The position numbers were made by a program, and so were the translations under genes. The notes under the pieces were generated by a model. The model was not told the origin of the DNA. It saw only the letters and a list, made by a program, of their open reading frames with translations, and searched no databases. A stretch of 64,000 bases of DNA from a virus (taxonomy: Duplodnaviria > Caudoviricetes): IMG/VR virus record IMGVR_UViG_2731957907_000001, positions 13,073-77,072 of that record; one strand, given 5' to 3'. Below are positions 55,301 to 64,000 of the stretch, piece after piece; position 1 is the first letter of the stretch, and every line of letters begins with the position of its first letter.

Positions 55301-56320
55301 ATGCCAATCCGCCACGCAGCAATGCACCTGATCGACAAGAAGCCAGATGGTAGCCCCGCTGTGCTCCATAAGGCCCAAGCAGAGCTGCCGCCGAACGAAG
55401 CCGCCGACAACCTGCTGGCTGACCTGAACGATGCGTATAACGCCAAACAGGGCAAAGCTTGGGGGTTCTTCCATGCTGAATCTGGCGCCTACCCGCTGAG
55501 TGGTTGGCTGGCCAAGTACCTGGAAGGCCATAACCCGTTCCTGGACTTCACCAGCCAGAGCGTAGAGCACCTGGTGAAACTGCTCGAGGAGTCGAATCTG
55601 TCCACCGGCGGGCATGTCCTGTTTGCCCACTATCAGCAGGGCATGACCGAATACTTGACGATCGCCATCCTGCAGCATGCTGACAGCGTGATGGTCGATA
55701 CAGACCTGGCGGTGCGCCCATCCCGACAACTGGACCTGAGCCAGCTGCACCAGGCCGCACGCATCAACCTGAGCGAGTGGCGCAACAACAAGGCGTCCAA
55801 GCAGTACATATCGTTCATCAAAGGCAAGAACGGCCGGAAGATTTCGGACTACTTCCGCGACTTCATTGGTTGCCAGGAAGGGGTAGACGGCCCAGGCGAG
55901 ACACGCACCCTGCTCAAGGCCTTCTCCGACTACGTGGAAAGCGAGGATCTGCCAGAGGAGTCCGCGCGGGAGAAAACTCAGACGCTGGTCGATTACGCCA
56001 CTGCTCAGACCAAGCTGGGCGAGCCGGTGACGCTGGAAGAACTGTCCAGCCTGCTCGATGAGGATCGGCCGAAAGCGTTCTACGACCACATCCGCAACGC
56101 CGACTATGGCCTGTCGCCTGAGATTCCGGCGGATAAGCGCACCCTCAACCAATTCAGGCGCTTCACCGGCCGCGCAGAGGGGCTGTCGATCAGCTTCGAG
56201 CAGCACTTGCTGGGTGACAAGGTCGAGTTTGACCAGGACGCCGGCACGCTGCTCATCAAAGGCCTGCCGACACCGCTGGTGGACCAGCTCAAGCGCAACA
56301 CGATGAAGGAGCAGCGGTAA
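55301..56320 (+). CDS. yejK: Nucleoid-associated protein YejK/NdpA
   Basis: MPIRH...[50 protein letters not shown]. Confidence 0.93.
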   Translation: MPIRHAAMHLIDKKPDGSPAVLHKAQAELPPNEAADNLLADLNDAYNAKQGKAWGFFHAESGAYPLSGWLAKYLEGHNPFLDFTSQSVEHLVKLLEESNLSTGGHVLFAHYQQGMTEYLTIAILQHADSVMVDTDLAVRPSRQLDLSQLHQAARINLSEWRNNKASKQYISFIKGKNGRKISDYFRDFIGCQEGVDGPGETRTLLKAFSDYVESEDLPEESAREKTQTLVDYATAQTKLGEPVTLEELSSLLDEDRPKAFYDHIRNADYGLSPEIPADKRTLNQFRRFTGRAEGLSISFEQHLLGDKVEFDQDAGTLLIKGLPTPLVDQLKRNTMKEQR

Positions 56321-56869
56321 GTGCTGACTGTCCGCGGTGACTTGGTGGCCCTGTTCCAGGCTGGCGCGTTCGACGTGATCGTCCACGGCCAGAACTGCCA
56401 CTGCAACATGGATGACGGCATTGCACGCGCAATCAGCCAGGCCTTCCCCGAGGCGCTGCAGGCCGACATGCAGACACCTATCCACGACCCTGGGAAGCTG
56501 GGCACCTACTCCAAGGCAGTCGTGACCCAGGGCGTGATCATCAACGGGTACACCCAGTTCAACTGGAGCGGGGTAGGGCCGGGCGGCGGGCCGCTGACCC
56601 AGTACGAGGCGGTGCGCGCGGTGTTCGCCGGCCTGCGCGCCGAGTTTGGTGGCCAGGGCCTATGCTTTGGTGTGCCGGCGATCGGCGCGGCCCGGGGCGG
56701 GGGTGACTGGAGCATCATCAGCGCAATCATCGACGAGGAGCTGGCGGGGGAACACGTCACCTTCGTGGAATACGACCAATACGACGGCCCCAGCGGGGAC
56801 TACCGTCGCAACATGGCTATGAACTCGCGCAAAGCCATGTGGGGTAAGCAAATCTCTATGCGACGGTGA
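56321..56869 (+). CDS. Macrodomain (ADP-ribose binding/hydrolase) protein
   Basis: GDL...DVIVHGQNC..NM..GIA.AI...FP.A; IINGYTQ; P.IGA..GGGDW..I. Confidence 0.85.
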   Translation: MLTVRGDLVALFQAGAFDVIVHGQNCHCNMDDGIARAISQAFPEALQADMQTPIHDPGKLGTYSKAVVTQGVIINGYTQFNWSGVGPGGGPLTQYEAVRAVFAGLRAEFGGQGLCFGVPAIGAARGGGDWSIISAIIDEELAGEHVTFVEYDQYDGPSGDYRRNMAMNSRKAMWGKQISMRR

Positions 56870-56959
56870 ATGACCCAGTACGACTTGCGCTGTCCAGTAT
56901 GGCGATGCGATTGAGGTCATATCGACCAGAATACATTGATGAATCACACAATATATCCG

Positions 56960-57005
56960 CTGTCAACAAACTTTTGTTGACAGATCCGCATGAATGCTAT
57001 AGAAT
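56960..57005 (+). promoter_or_regulatory. Sigma70 promoter with overlapping palindromic operator
   Basis: TTGACA (56977), 17 nt, TAGAAT (57000); inverted repeat CTGTCAACAAA/TTTGTTGACAG. Confidence 0.75.
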
Positions 57006-57110
57006 GTATATCACTCGTCAAGCTACGAGCGTCTGCTACCGCCCTGGTGGCATTCAGTTATGACCCAACCCGAGCCTTACGCAAGTTACTACCCCAAGTG
57101 GAGTTACACC

Positions 57111-57422
57111 ATGTCCCTCAACGCCGATAAGCCTGAAACCGTGCTTCTTCGACTTCGCAAGCAAGACACCCCTATGGGCGTCAGCAGCGAAACAATCGAA
57201 CGACTCATTCAGAGATCTGGCATGAGCAAAACCGAAGTCATTCATCTCGCGCTGCGAGAGTACGCCGACCGCGTTCTCCTGCGTTACGAGCTGGACGATG
57301 GACCTTTCAATGATCAGCAGATTGCGGCCATTCGTGCGGCCAGTCCGGCATCGCACATTCCGCAAGAGCGCTTTAAACGAGGACTTTTTAAAAATGCGCC
57401 CACACCCAGTACAAACTCTTAA
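57111..57422 (+). CDS. RHH-like antitoxin
   Basis: LLRLR.QDT..GVS..T...L....GMSKTEVIH.ALR; precedes PemK-like gene. Confidence 0.7.
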   Translation: MSLNADKPETVLLRLRKQDTPMGVSSETIERLIQRSGMSKTEVIHLALREYADRVLLRYELDDGPFNDQQIAAIRAASPASHIPQERFKRGLFKNAPTPSTNS

Positions 57423-57810
57423 TCCCCTGCCAGAAGCTGGTGACATCGTTTGGGCTAAATTCCCAAACGTCGAGACTCTTGGGACCCCAGGGCCGAAGCC
57501 GAGACCGGCTTTGGTCCTCTTTATTTCCGACGAAGACCATGCCATCCAGGTGGCCTATGGCACAAGCCAGCGGACAGATCGTCTCTACCGCGGTGAATTT
57601 GTTCTCGATCCCAACGACCAAGGGTTTTCCACTTCCGGCTTGTGTGTGCGCACCAAGTTCGATCTTAAACGGTTGGTTACGCTGCCATTCGACTCGGAAT
57701 GGTTCGCCCCGGCCCCTGGCATCGTTAGCCAATCGCCGCTACCTAAAATGGGCGCGCTGCACGCGAGCTACATGATCGCGGTCAACGAAGCGTGGGAGCA
57801 GTTGCAGTAG
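57394..57810 (+). CDS. PemK/MazF-like toxin
   Basis: GDIVW.KFP......PGPKPRPALV...VAYGTSQ...GL...TKFD. Confidence 0.78.
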   Translation: MRPHPVQTLNPLPEAGDIVWAKFPNVETLGTPGPKPRPALVLFISDEDHAIQVAYGTSQRTDRLYRGEFVLDPNDQGFSTSGLCVRTKFDLKRLVTLPFDSEWFAPAPGIVSQSPLPKMGALHASYMIAVNEAWEQLQ

Positions 57811-57871
57811 TCAGTTTGGGCGCCTAGGGCGCCCTTATCCCTTTCGTCATAGGTAACCTTCAAGGAGTTTC

Positions 57872-58162
57872 ATGGACACCGCAGAACGATATGAAGCTGC
57901 GCGAGCGCGTTTCTTCAACGACAACCCATGGGCTGTTGCACGCTCTGAACAGGTCGATACTGCTATTGTTGAGGCATGTGGTATGACTGTCGAAGAGCAC
58001 CGTGAGCAGCAGCGTAAGCAGATCTTTGCCGAGGCTGCGCAGAGTTTGGGAATCGATGTGCATGAATTTGTCATTCGACTGGCAGCTTCCTCGCAACAAC
58101 AAGCACATGAGTGGCGCATTGAAAACCAAAAGAGCTTGGCAGCAGCAGTTGGTATCGACTGA
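57872..58162 (+). CDS. Hypothetical protein
   Basis: AAGGAG SD; 96 aa. Confidence 0.7.
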   Translation: MDTAERYEAARARFFNDNPWAVARSEQVDTAIVEACGMTVEEHREQQRKQIFAEAAQSLGIDVHEFVIRLAASSQQQAHEWRIENQKSLAAAVGID

Positions 58163-58304
58163 GAACAGTTCAACCGCACGAATGGGATAGTCCCCAGCAT
58201 CAATGCCGACGCAAAGTCGGTCAATTTCACGCCTTTCGTCCCTCCTACACTCCGCCCTATTACCAATAGCAGACCCGCTACTTCGCAGCGGGGCGGAGAC
58301 TGCC

Positions 58305-58727
58305 ATGTCCAAGCAGAGCACGCTGGCGCCCTTCAAGGCCGGTGACCGACATAGATTGCACCTGAAGCTATCGCATTTGACTCACTACCTCGGAAGGTAC
58401 TTGTATCGTTATGGGAGCGAAGTCCAGCTACACGAAATTTTGGCCAAGGTCCTGAACGATGCCGGCTACAAGTACACCCGCGAGTGCGTTTTAGACGCAC
58501 GCAACCGGGCAGACTTCCTGGTAGAGGGCGGCATTGTCATCGAGGTGAAGGTAGACGGTGCGCTCAGTGAGGCGCTGCGCCAGGTCGACCGCTATATCAA
58601 CCTGGACCAGGTGAAGGGCGTTATCCTGGCCAGCACCCAGCGCTGGGCGGATAACCCGCTTGTCGATCGTCCGGCCTGGCAAGGCAAGGCGTTCGGCATG
58701 GTGCGCTTGGGGAGGCAATCCCTGTGA
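58305..58727 (+). CDS. PD-(D/E)XK nuclease-like protein
   Basis: E..L......L......RE..L....RADFLV..GIVIEVK.......QV.RY. Confidence 0.75.
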   Translation: MSKQSTLAPFKAGDRHRLHLKLSHLTHYLGRYLYRYGSEVQLHEILAKVLNDAGYKYTRECVLDARNRADFLVEGGIVIEVKVDGALSEALRQVDRYINLDQVKGVILASTQRWADNPLVDRPAWQGKAFGMVRLGRQSL

Positions 58728-60499
58728 GCCAGCAGTCCTACGGCAGTGTGACGTTGCGCGGGCGCCATTGGGATATCCGCTGCGAGCCCCAGGTGCGATC
58801 GCGCCTCAAGCGTGTTTTCCCACGGGTACCGCAGGGTGCAGCTGATTGCATCAGCCTGGTGGCCAGCCCTGAGAACAGCCGGGAACTTCAGTGGTTCCTT
58901 CAGCGCTACCCCATGGACACCGACCAGGACACGCTCCAGCAGCTTGAGGAGCGATCGGCCGTGCACGTCCACATGGAGCAGAGTCTGGCGCAGCTGATGG
59001 AGGGGCGCCTGGACATCCCGCCATTCGAGCTGGCCAAGCCTGCGCGCGAGTACCAGCGCTATGCTGGCGCCCAACTGAACATCCGTGGCGGCCTGCTGCT
59101 GGCCGATGACCTGGGCCTGGGTAAGACCATCACCGGTATGCTCCCGATGACTGTGCCGGGTAACCTGCCGGCGGTGGTGGTCTACCCGGCATCCCTGCCT
59201 AACCACTGGGCCGAGAAGCTGGCAGAGTTCCTGCCAAACCTCAGGGTGCATGAAATCCGCAAGAGCCAGCCGTACCCGCTGGTCAAGCAGAAGGGCCAGC
59301 GCACGAAAGACCTGTGGGACACCCTGCCGGATGTAATCCTGGTGAGCTACCACAAGCTGCGCGGGTGGGCGGAGACGCTGGGAGAGATTGCCCAGTACCT
59401 GGTGTTCGAGGAGTGCCAGCAGCTGCGCAACCCCGATAGCGCTATCTACGACGCATGCGTGTACCTGGCAGAGCGTACCAAGCTGCGCATGGGGCTCACC
59501 GCCACGCCGATCTACAACTACGGGTCGGAGTTCTACCACGTAGTGAACGTACTGCTTCCTGATGCCCTGGGCGGTTATGACGAGTTCCTGCGCGAGTGGT
59601 GCATCGGCTCACCAGGTGATAAGCCCAAGCTGAAGGATTCTGAGCAGTTCGGTGCGTACCTGCGCCGTGAGGGCATCATGCTGCGGCGTACCAGGCGTGA
59701 GGTGGGCCGAGAACTGCCGCTGCTGTCCAAGATTCCGTATGAGATTGAATCCGACGCTAAGGTGCTGGAGAAGCTCACCAGTGACGCTGTGGCGCTGGCG
59801 CGTACCATCCTCACTGCGAACGAGGCCTACCGTGGCGAGAAGATGAAGGCCGCGGGTGAGTTCGACCAGATGGTGCGACAGGCTACCGGTGTGGCCAAGG
59901 CACCGCATGTGGCCGAGTTCGTGCGTTTGCTGCTGGAGAAGGGCGAGCGGGTGCTGCTGTTCGGCTGGCACCGGGAGGTTTATCGGATCTGGCAGGAGGC
60001 TTTGGCCGACTTCAATCCTGTGATGTACACCGGTACCGAGTCGAAAAACCAGAAGGCTGCCAGCAAGAACGCATTGATGGCTGGTGAGTCGCCGCTGATG
60101 ATTGTGAGCCTTCGAGCTGGCGCGGGCTTCGACGGCGCTCAGCATGGCTGCAGCACGGTGGTATTCGGTGAAATCGATTGGTCACCTGGTGTGCATGAGC
60201 AGTGTATCGGCCGCGTGCACCGAGACGGTCAGGATGAGCCCGTGCAGGCGTTCTTCCTGATATCCAACCAGGGCAGCGACCCGATTGTCTCGGACGTGCT
60301 GGGCGTGAAGCGCGAGCAGATCGAGGGCGTGCGTAACCCTGGTGACAACCTGATCGAGCGGCGCGACGTGGGCGAAAACCAGCTGCGCATGCTGGCGAAG
60401 CAGTTCCTGCAGGACCGCGGCGAGAAGGTGCCAGAAGCGGCTCAGCCAACGCCTATTCGTGCGAAAACGCCGGTTCCAGTGCAGGGAGAGCTGGTATGA
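58724..60499 (+). CDS. SNF2-family helicase/ATPase
   Basis: LLADDLGLGKT, LTATPIYN, MLRRTR, SLRAGAG.DG, WSP...EQ..GR.HRDGQ. Confidence 0.92.
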   Translation: MSQQSYGSVTLRGRHWDIRCEPQVRSRLKRVFPRVPQGAADCISLVASPENSRELQWFLQRYPMDTDQDTLQQLEERSAVHVHMEQSLAQLMEGRLDIPPFELAKPAREYQRYAGAQLNIRGGLLLADDLGLGKTITGMLPMTVPGNLPAVVVYPASLPNHWAEKLAEFLPNLRVHEIRKSQPYPLVKQKGQRTKDLWDTLPDVILVSYHKLRGWAETLGEIAQYLVFEECQQLRNPDSAIYDACVYLAERTKLRMGLTATPIYNYGSEFYHVVNVLLPDALGGYDEFLREWCIGSPGDKPKLKDSEQFGAYLRREGIMLRRTRREVGRELPLLSKIPYEIESDAKVLEKLTSDAVALARTILTANEAYRGEKMKAAGEFDQMVRQATGVAKAPHVAEFVRLLLEKGERVLLFGWHREVYRIWQEALADFNPVMYTGTESKNQKAASKNALMAGESPLMIVSLRAGAGFDGAQHGCSTVVFGEIDWSPGVHEQCIGRVHRDGQDEPVQAFFLISNQGSDPIVSDVLGVKREQIEGVRNPGDNLIERRDVGENQLRMLAKQFLQDRGEKVPEAAQPTPIRAKTPVPVQGELV

Positions 60500-61026
60500 G
60501 CAACCGCTGGATAACTGAGGAACGGCTGAACAACCTGCCGCCAGGCTACAAGGTGCGCGAAATGGGCCGCGCTGGCGCCAAGCCCAGGCGCGCAGCAGCA
60601 CGATCGGAGGATGCGCCGCCGCCAGTGGTCCCCTCAGCGTCTACCGCTGCGCCAGCGAAAGCAGGCGGCTTGGCAACAATGCAGGCCAAGGGGCGCCTGG
60701 CCAAAGGCACCATGAACGCGACCGAAACCCGATATGCCGCGTACCTGGACCAGCTGAGGCTTGCCGGCGAGGTGCTGCAGTGGAAGTTCGAGGCGATCAA
60801 GCTACAGCTGGCGCCCGACACCACGCTCACCCCGGACTTCATGGTGATGCTGGCTGACGGCAGCCTGGAAATGCACGACGTAAAGGGCGCCAAAGCCATC
60901 TACACCGACGACGCGAAGGTCAAGATGAAGGTGGCCGCAAAGGAGTTCCCGTTTGTGTTCCGTGTCGTGTTCCCGGTGAAAAAGGTCGACGGGGGCGGAT
61001 GGAGCATCGAGGTCGTAGGTGGATAG
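60496..61026 (+). CDS. DUF1064-like endonuclease
   Basis: MNATE.RYA.YL......GEV..WKFE..KL.LA.....TPDF.V.......DVKG. Confidence 0.75.
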   Translation: MSNRWITEERLNNLPPGYKVREMGRAGAKPRRAAARSEDAPPPVVPSASTAAPAKAGGLATMQAKGRLAKGTMNATETRYAAYLDQLRLAGEVLQWKFEAIKLQLAPDTTLTPDFMVMLADGSLEMHDVKGAKAIYTDDAKVKMKVAAKEFPFVFRVVFPVKKVDGGGWSIEVVGG

Positions 61027-61300
61027 CGGGCGCCCACCTCAGACGCCGGCCGAAGCGGCGCATGATAGCTACCTGAACCATCTGATGGCCTGCCGTCGCT
61101 GTTACGCCCCGAATAAGCGACATTGCAGTGTGGGGCAGGCGCTACGAATCGAGTACGACGCGCAGTTTTTGATGACCATCGACGACACCTACCGGCGAAA
61201 AGCCATCATGCGCGATGAGTTCGAGTGTGACCCTGTGGTCGGGGAGCAGCTGAAGGCTAGGGTGATAGAGCTCTGGAACGAGGAAAATCAGGAGGCGTAA
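61019..61300 (+). CDS. Small zinc-binding hypothetical protein
   Basis: Y..H...C..C.......C..G..LR..Y. Confidence 0.65.
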   Translation: MDSGRPPQTPAEAAHDSYLNHLMACRRCYAPNKRHCSVGQALRIEYDAQFLMTIDDTYRRKAIMRDEFECDPVVGEQLKARVIELWNEENQEA

Positions 61301-61419
61301 GAAGTTCGCTTTCTTCCCACTGCGGTAGCGAACTTTTTTCGCCCCATCGCTTGATAAATGTCCGAGGACACTTTTTAATGCGCCGAAACCGACACGTAGA
61401 CGCGGAGTTACAGCGCAAA

Positions 61420-62175
61420 ATGTCCGAGGATACTTTCAAACCAACGAATGAAGCCCCACCGGTGGCTCAATCCGTACATTCTGAAGGTGGAACAGGCCTT
61501 TTCGACGCTTCCGAGGATTTGGGTATCGGTGCGGGACCGCAAGCGCAACTGCGCGCTGAGGAGCTGGCATTTGCTGCCGTGGTAGGCGCCAAGCTGCGCA
61601 AAGCCCGCAAAGCGGCTGGCTACACCGAAAGCACGGCCGCGCTGGCGCTCTCGCACAAAGGCGTTACCCAGATCAGCCTGTTCGAAAACGGACGCCGGCC
61701 GATTAGCCTGCCAAACCTGCGTTTGCTGGCCGACCTGTACGGGGTCACCACGGACTTTCTGCTGGATCGGCATGACGACATCCTGGCTTGCCCGCAGGAG
61801 AGCAACCAGGCCGTGCTCAAGGGTGTGGTGGTGGCCACCCTGTCGCATGACTTCTCAACGTTCGTGAGCGCCATGGCGCAGCGTAACGCGCTCATGATCG
61901 AGGGGTTGAGCGCAGATCGGACTTTGCTGCGCAGAACTGCCGTGCTTGCAGAGGACCTGGCAGACGCATTGACGGTGTTCAAGCGTCACGCGAAGGACTT
62001 CGACGGCATGCGAAATGGCGCAAAGCTCGATCGGTTGGTAGGTGAACTGCATGTCAGCATGAGCGAGTGCTTAAAGCGCCAGCGCATGGAGCAGGCCATG
62101 GCCGAATACGAATTGCCTGTGCCCTCACCGGAGAAAGTACGGGACCAGGTGAAGCAGATGATGTTGGGGTTGTAG
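61420..62175 (+). CDS. XRE-family HTH transcriptional regulator
   Basis: GAKLRKARK..G.T...AA......ISLFENGRR..SL..L..LADLYGVTTDFLL; start uncertain (61378 or 61420). Confidence 0.85.
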   Translation: MSEDTFKPTNEAPPVAQSVHSEGGTGLFDASEDLGIGAGPQAQLRAEELAFAAVVGAKLRKARKAAGYTESTAALALSHKGVTQISLFENGRRPISLPNLRLLADLYGVTTDFLLDRHDDILACPQESNQAVLKGVVVATLSHDFSTFVSAMAQRNALMIEGLSADRTLLRRTAVLAEDLADALTVFKRHAKDFDGMRNGAKLDRLVGELHVSMSECLKRQRMEQAMAEYELPVPSPEKVRDQVKQMMLGL

Positions 62176-62443
62176 CAGCTCGCATAAAAGAGCGCTCTGG
62201 GCGACTCGAGCGCTGTTTTATGCGGTGGACTGGAAAGATGGCAAGCATGGCGGGGAACCTCTCCCCTGGAAGGCGCCAGTGATGCGGGTTGACCTATGCG
62301 CCTAAGCGCGTCACCCACCGCAGCCTATTTACCGTTGAGCGCAACGGGGCAACAGGACTGACCCACCGAATGGGTTTGCTAGCAGTCGATCGTCGTGGTG
62401 GTCGGGGGTTGTATACCTTGGCTAGGGTCCCGAGACAGGGCCT

Positions 62444-62484
62444 GGAAAAACACCGTCGGCATGGATAACTGTCAGGACTAGGTT
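62444..62484 (+). promoter_or_regulatory. Possible late-type promoter upstream of terminase
   Basis: GGAAAAACACCG ... TAGGTT, 41-nt geometry. Confidence 0.4.
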
Positions 62485-62571
62485 CGACATGACCTTGCGA
62501 TGCCTCACCAGGGGTATGTCCGAAGGGCTGGGAGTGGTGGGGGCATACCAGTGCCAACGCCCGAAATAGGG

Positions 62572-62596
62572 GAGCCCGCGCATGCGGGCTTTTTTA
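62572..62596 (+). terminator. Intrinsic terminator-like hairpin
   Basis: AGCCCGC-GCAT-GCGGGCT followed by T run. Confidence 0.7.
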
Positions 62597-62653
62597 TAGC
62601 TGCCACGCGGCAGAGCGATACCGACACACTGATTACACCAGGGAGTTACGCAG

Positions 62654-63739
62654 ATGGCACGGCAAGGTCCACCTAAGAGTTCACCCACGTCCGAGGATGT
62701 CGAGTCCTCGGACACGGGCGCTTTGGGTATTGCTAAGCCTGCCCGCTCACGCGTTGCTAAGGTTGGCCAGAAGAAGGCCGCAGTTAGCAAGGCCCCCAAG
62801 GCGGCATCCAAACCAGCCAAGCCCCGCACAAAGGCCGCAGCCAAGCCCCCAGCGAGCCGTGCAAAAAGGTCGCCCGAAAAGGAAGGTACGACCAAGGTCG
62901 AGAACCCAATACCGCTAAGCGAATTCGAGCTCGAAGCCCTGCGCATCGCGGATTCCCATGGCTTAGACAGACGCCAGCAGCGGTTCATCGACCTGTGGGT
63001 TGTGAGCCAGAACGCGGCCCATGCGTACCGGGATGCAGGCTACCGCTGCAAGAACGATAACGTGGCTGCCGTAGGCGCCAGCAAGTTGCTAAAAAAGGTT
63101 AAGTACCACCCCTATACCAAGTGGCGGCAAGCCGAGCTGTTCAAGCGCACGGCCGACATCCAGAACGAAATCATTGAGCAGATCCGATCGGCTGCCGGCG
63201 CCGACGTGCGTGAGTTGGTCGAGTACCGGCGCCGGTGCTGCCGTTACTGCTACGGCACAGATCACCTGTACCAGTTCAAGACGCATGAAATGGCGGAGCG
63301 TATAGCCGAGTACGAGCAGCTGAAGCTCGAGGCCGAAGCCGCCGGCAAACCTTTGTTGCCCTTCGATCCCCTCGGTGGCACTGGCTACAACCACACGCTT
63401 TTCCCTGTCCAGTCCTGCACCAACTGCTTTGGCGATGGTGTGGGGCGTCCTTTCTTCAAAGACACCTCGGACCTGAGCCCGGGCGCTGTTGTGCTCTATG
63501 AGGGCGTTAAGGAAGGCAAAGACGGGACCGAAATGCGGGTGGCCACCAAAAAGTCCTATCTGGAAATGATGTCGAGAATCTACGACCTGCAGGTTGAGCC
63601 GGCGGTCGAGGTGCACGTCATGATCAGCGATGCAGAGCTTGATGCTCTGTATGCCGAGGCCGAGAAAGCGACCAGTACCGGGCAGGACGGCATGGCAGAG
63701 CGTGAGCAGCTGCTTGCACAAGGCGGCATCCCAGAATGA
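62654..63739 (+). CDS. Terminase small subunit with Cys-rich insert
   Basis: RQQRFID......NA..AY..AGY......A.V.ASKLL; D..ELVEYRR.CCRYCYG...C..C.GDG. Confidence 0.85.
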   Translation: MARQGPPKSSPTSEDVESSDTGALGIAKPARSRVAKVGQKKAAVSKAPKAASKPAKPRTKAAAKPPASRAKRSPEKEGTTKVENPIPLSEFELEALRIADSHGLDRRQQRFIDLWVVSQNAAHAYRDAGYRCKNDNVAAVGASKLLKKVKYHPYTKWRQAELFKRTADIQNEIIEQIRSAAGADVRELVEYRRRCCRYCYGTDHLYQFKTHEMAERIAEYEQLKLEAEAAGKPLLPFDPLGGTGYNHTLFPVQSCTNCFGDGVGRPFFKDTSDLSPGAVVLYEGVKEGKDGTEMRVATKKSYLEMMSRIYDLQVEPAVEVHVMISDAELDALYAEAEKATSTGQDGMAEREQLLAQGGIPE

Positions 63740-64000
63740 ATGCCCTGGCACCAGCGAGCCCGGACAAGGCAGCGATCAAAGAGGCCCGCAAGGTTGCCGG
63801 CCTGAGCCAGAGCGAGGCTGGGGCTGTGGTCTACGTCAGCCGGCGCGCCTGGCAAAAGTACGAAGACGGGACCAATGCCATGAAGCTGGGCCTGTGGGAG
63901 CTATTCCGTTTCAAGACCGGGCAGATTTGGGTGGTTCCTCTCCCCATCGCCCCCAAACCCAAGAAGTCGACCCGCCGCCTTGGCCGGCCGGCCAACCTGA
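63736..64000 (+). CDS. XRE-family HTH protein, 3'-truncated by window edge
   Basis: ATGA overlap; IKEARKVAGLSQSEAGAVVYVSRRAWQKYEDG...M....WELF; not in ORF track. Confidence 0.75.
   Translation, partial: MNALAPASPDKAAIKEARKVAGLSQSEAGAVVYVSRRAWQKYEDGTNAMKLGLWELFRFKTGQIWVVPLPIAPKPKKSTRRLGRPANL

Larger units (their letters stand above)
1..64000. mobile_element. P1-like myovirus phage-plasmid / prophage (partial)
   Basis: Capsid, sheath, tube, spike, PAAR, fibre, lysis, terminase small subunit and DarA/Hdf homologues occur together with ParA, a replication initiator, an integrase and TA modules; no host housekeeping operons. Confidence 0.93.

Overview
A 64 kb segment of a P1-like myovirus phage-plasmid (or integrative prophage-plasmid) from a GC-rich host, most likely Pseudomonas (inferred from RdgC, YejK and accessory gene style). 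Left half (1-34.1 kb): a modular tail fibre and its chaperone, baseplate spike and PAAR genes, a ParA plus ribbon-helix-helix partition cassette, an expanded Dar-type set of capsid-packaged polyvalent proteins (Hdf-like, InPase-DarA-ParB, zincin-LPD1, LPD3-methyltransferase), major capsid, sheath, tube and a full lysis cassette. Right half: tyrosine integrase with a probable attP, rdgC, repressor-like genes, replication initiator, Ref nuclease, many small accessory genes, DNA methyltransferase, YejK, macrodomain, nuclease plus SNF2 helicase and terminase small subunit. Three type II toxin-antitoxin pairs are present. The best unannotated signals are non-coding. (1) An antisense two-hairpin RNA with covarying stems and its own sigma70 promoter is hidden inside the LPD3-methyltransferase gene (21321-21456). 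(2) A tisB/istR-style type I toxin-antitoxin locus has a 42-aa peptide and a divergent ~76-nt sRNA (51470-52276). (3) Three dispersed DNA motif families occur: 9-bp-period arrays, a fixed-geometry late promoter and an 11-bp operator. (4) Head proteins share an (M/L)LD motif and two cargo proteins share an N-terminal leader. All family assignments come from motif recognition by eye; no database search was run.
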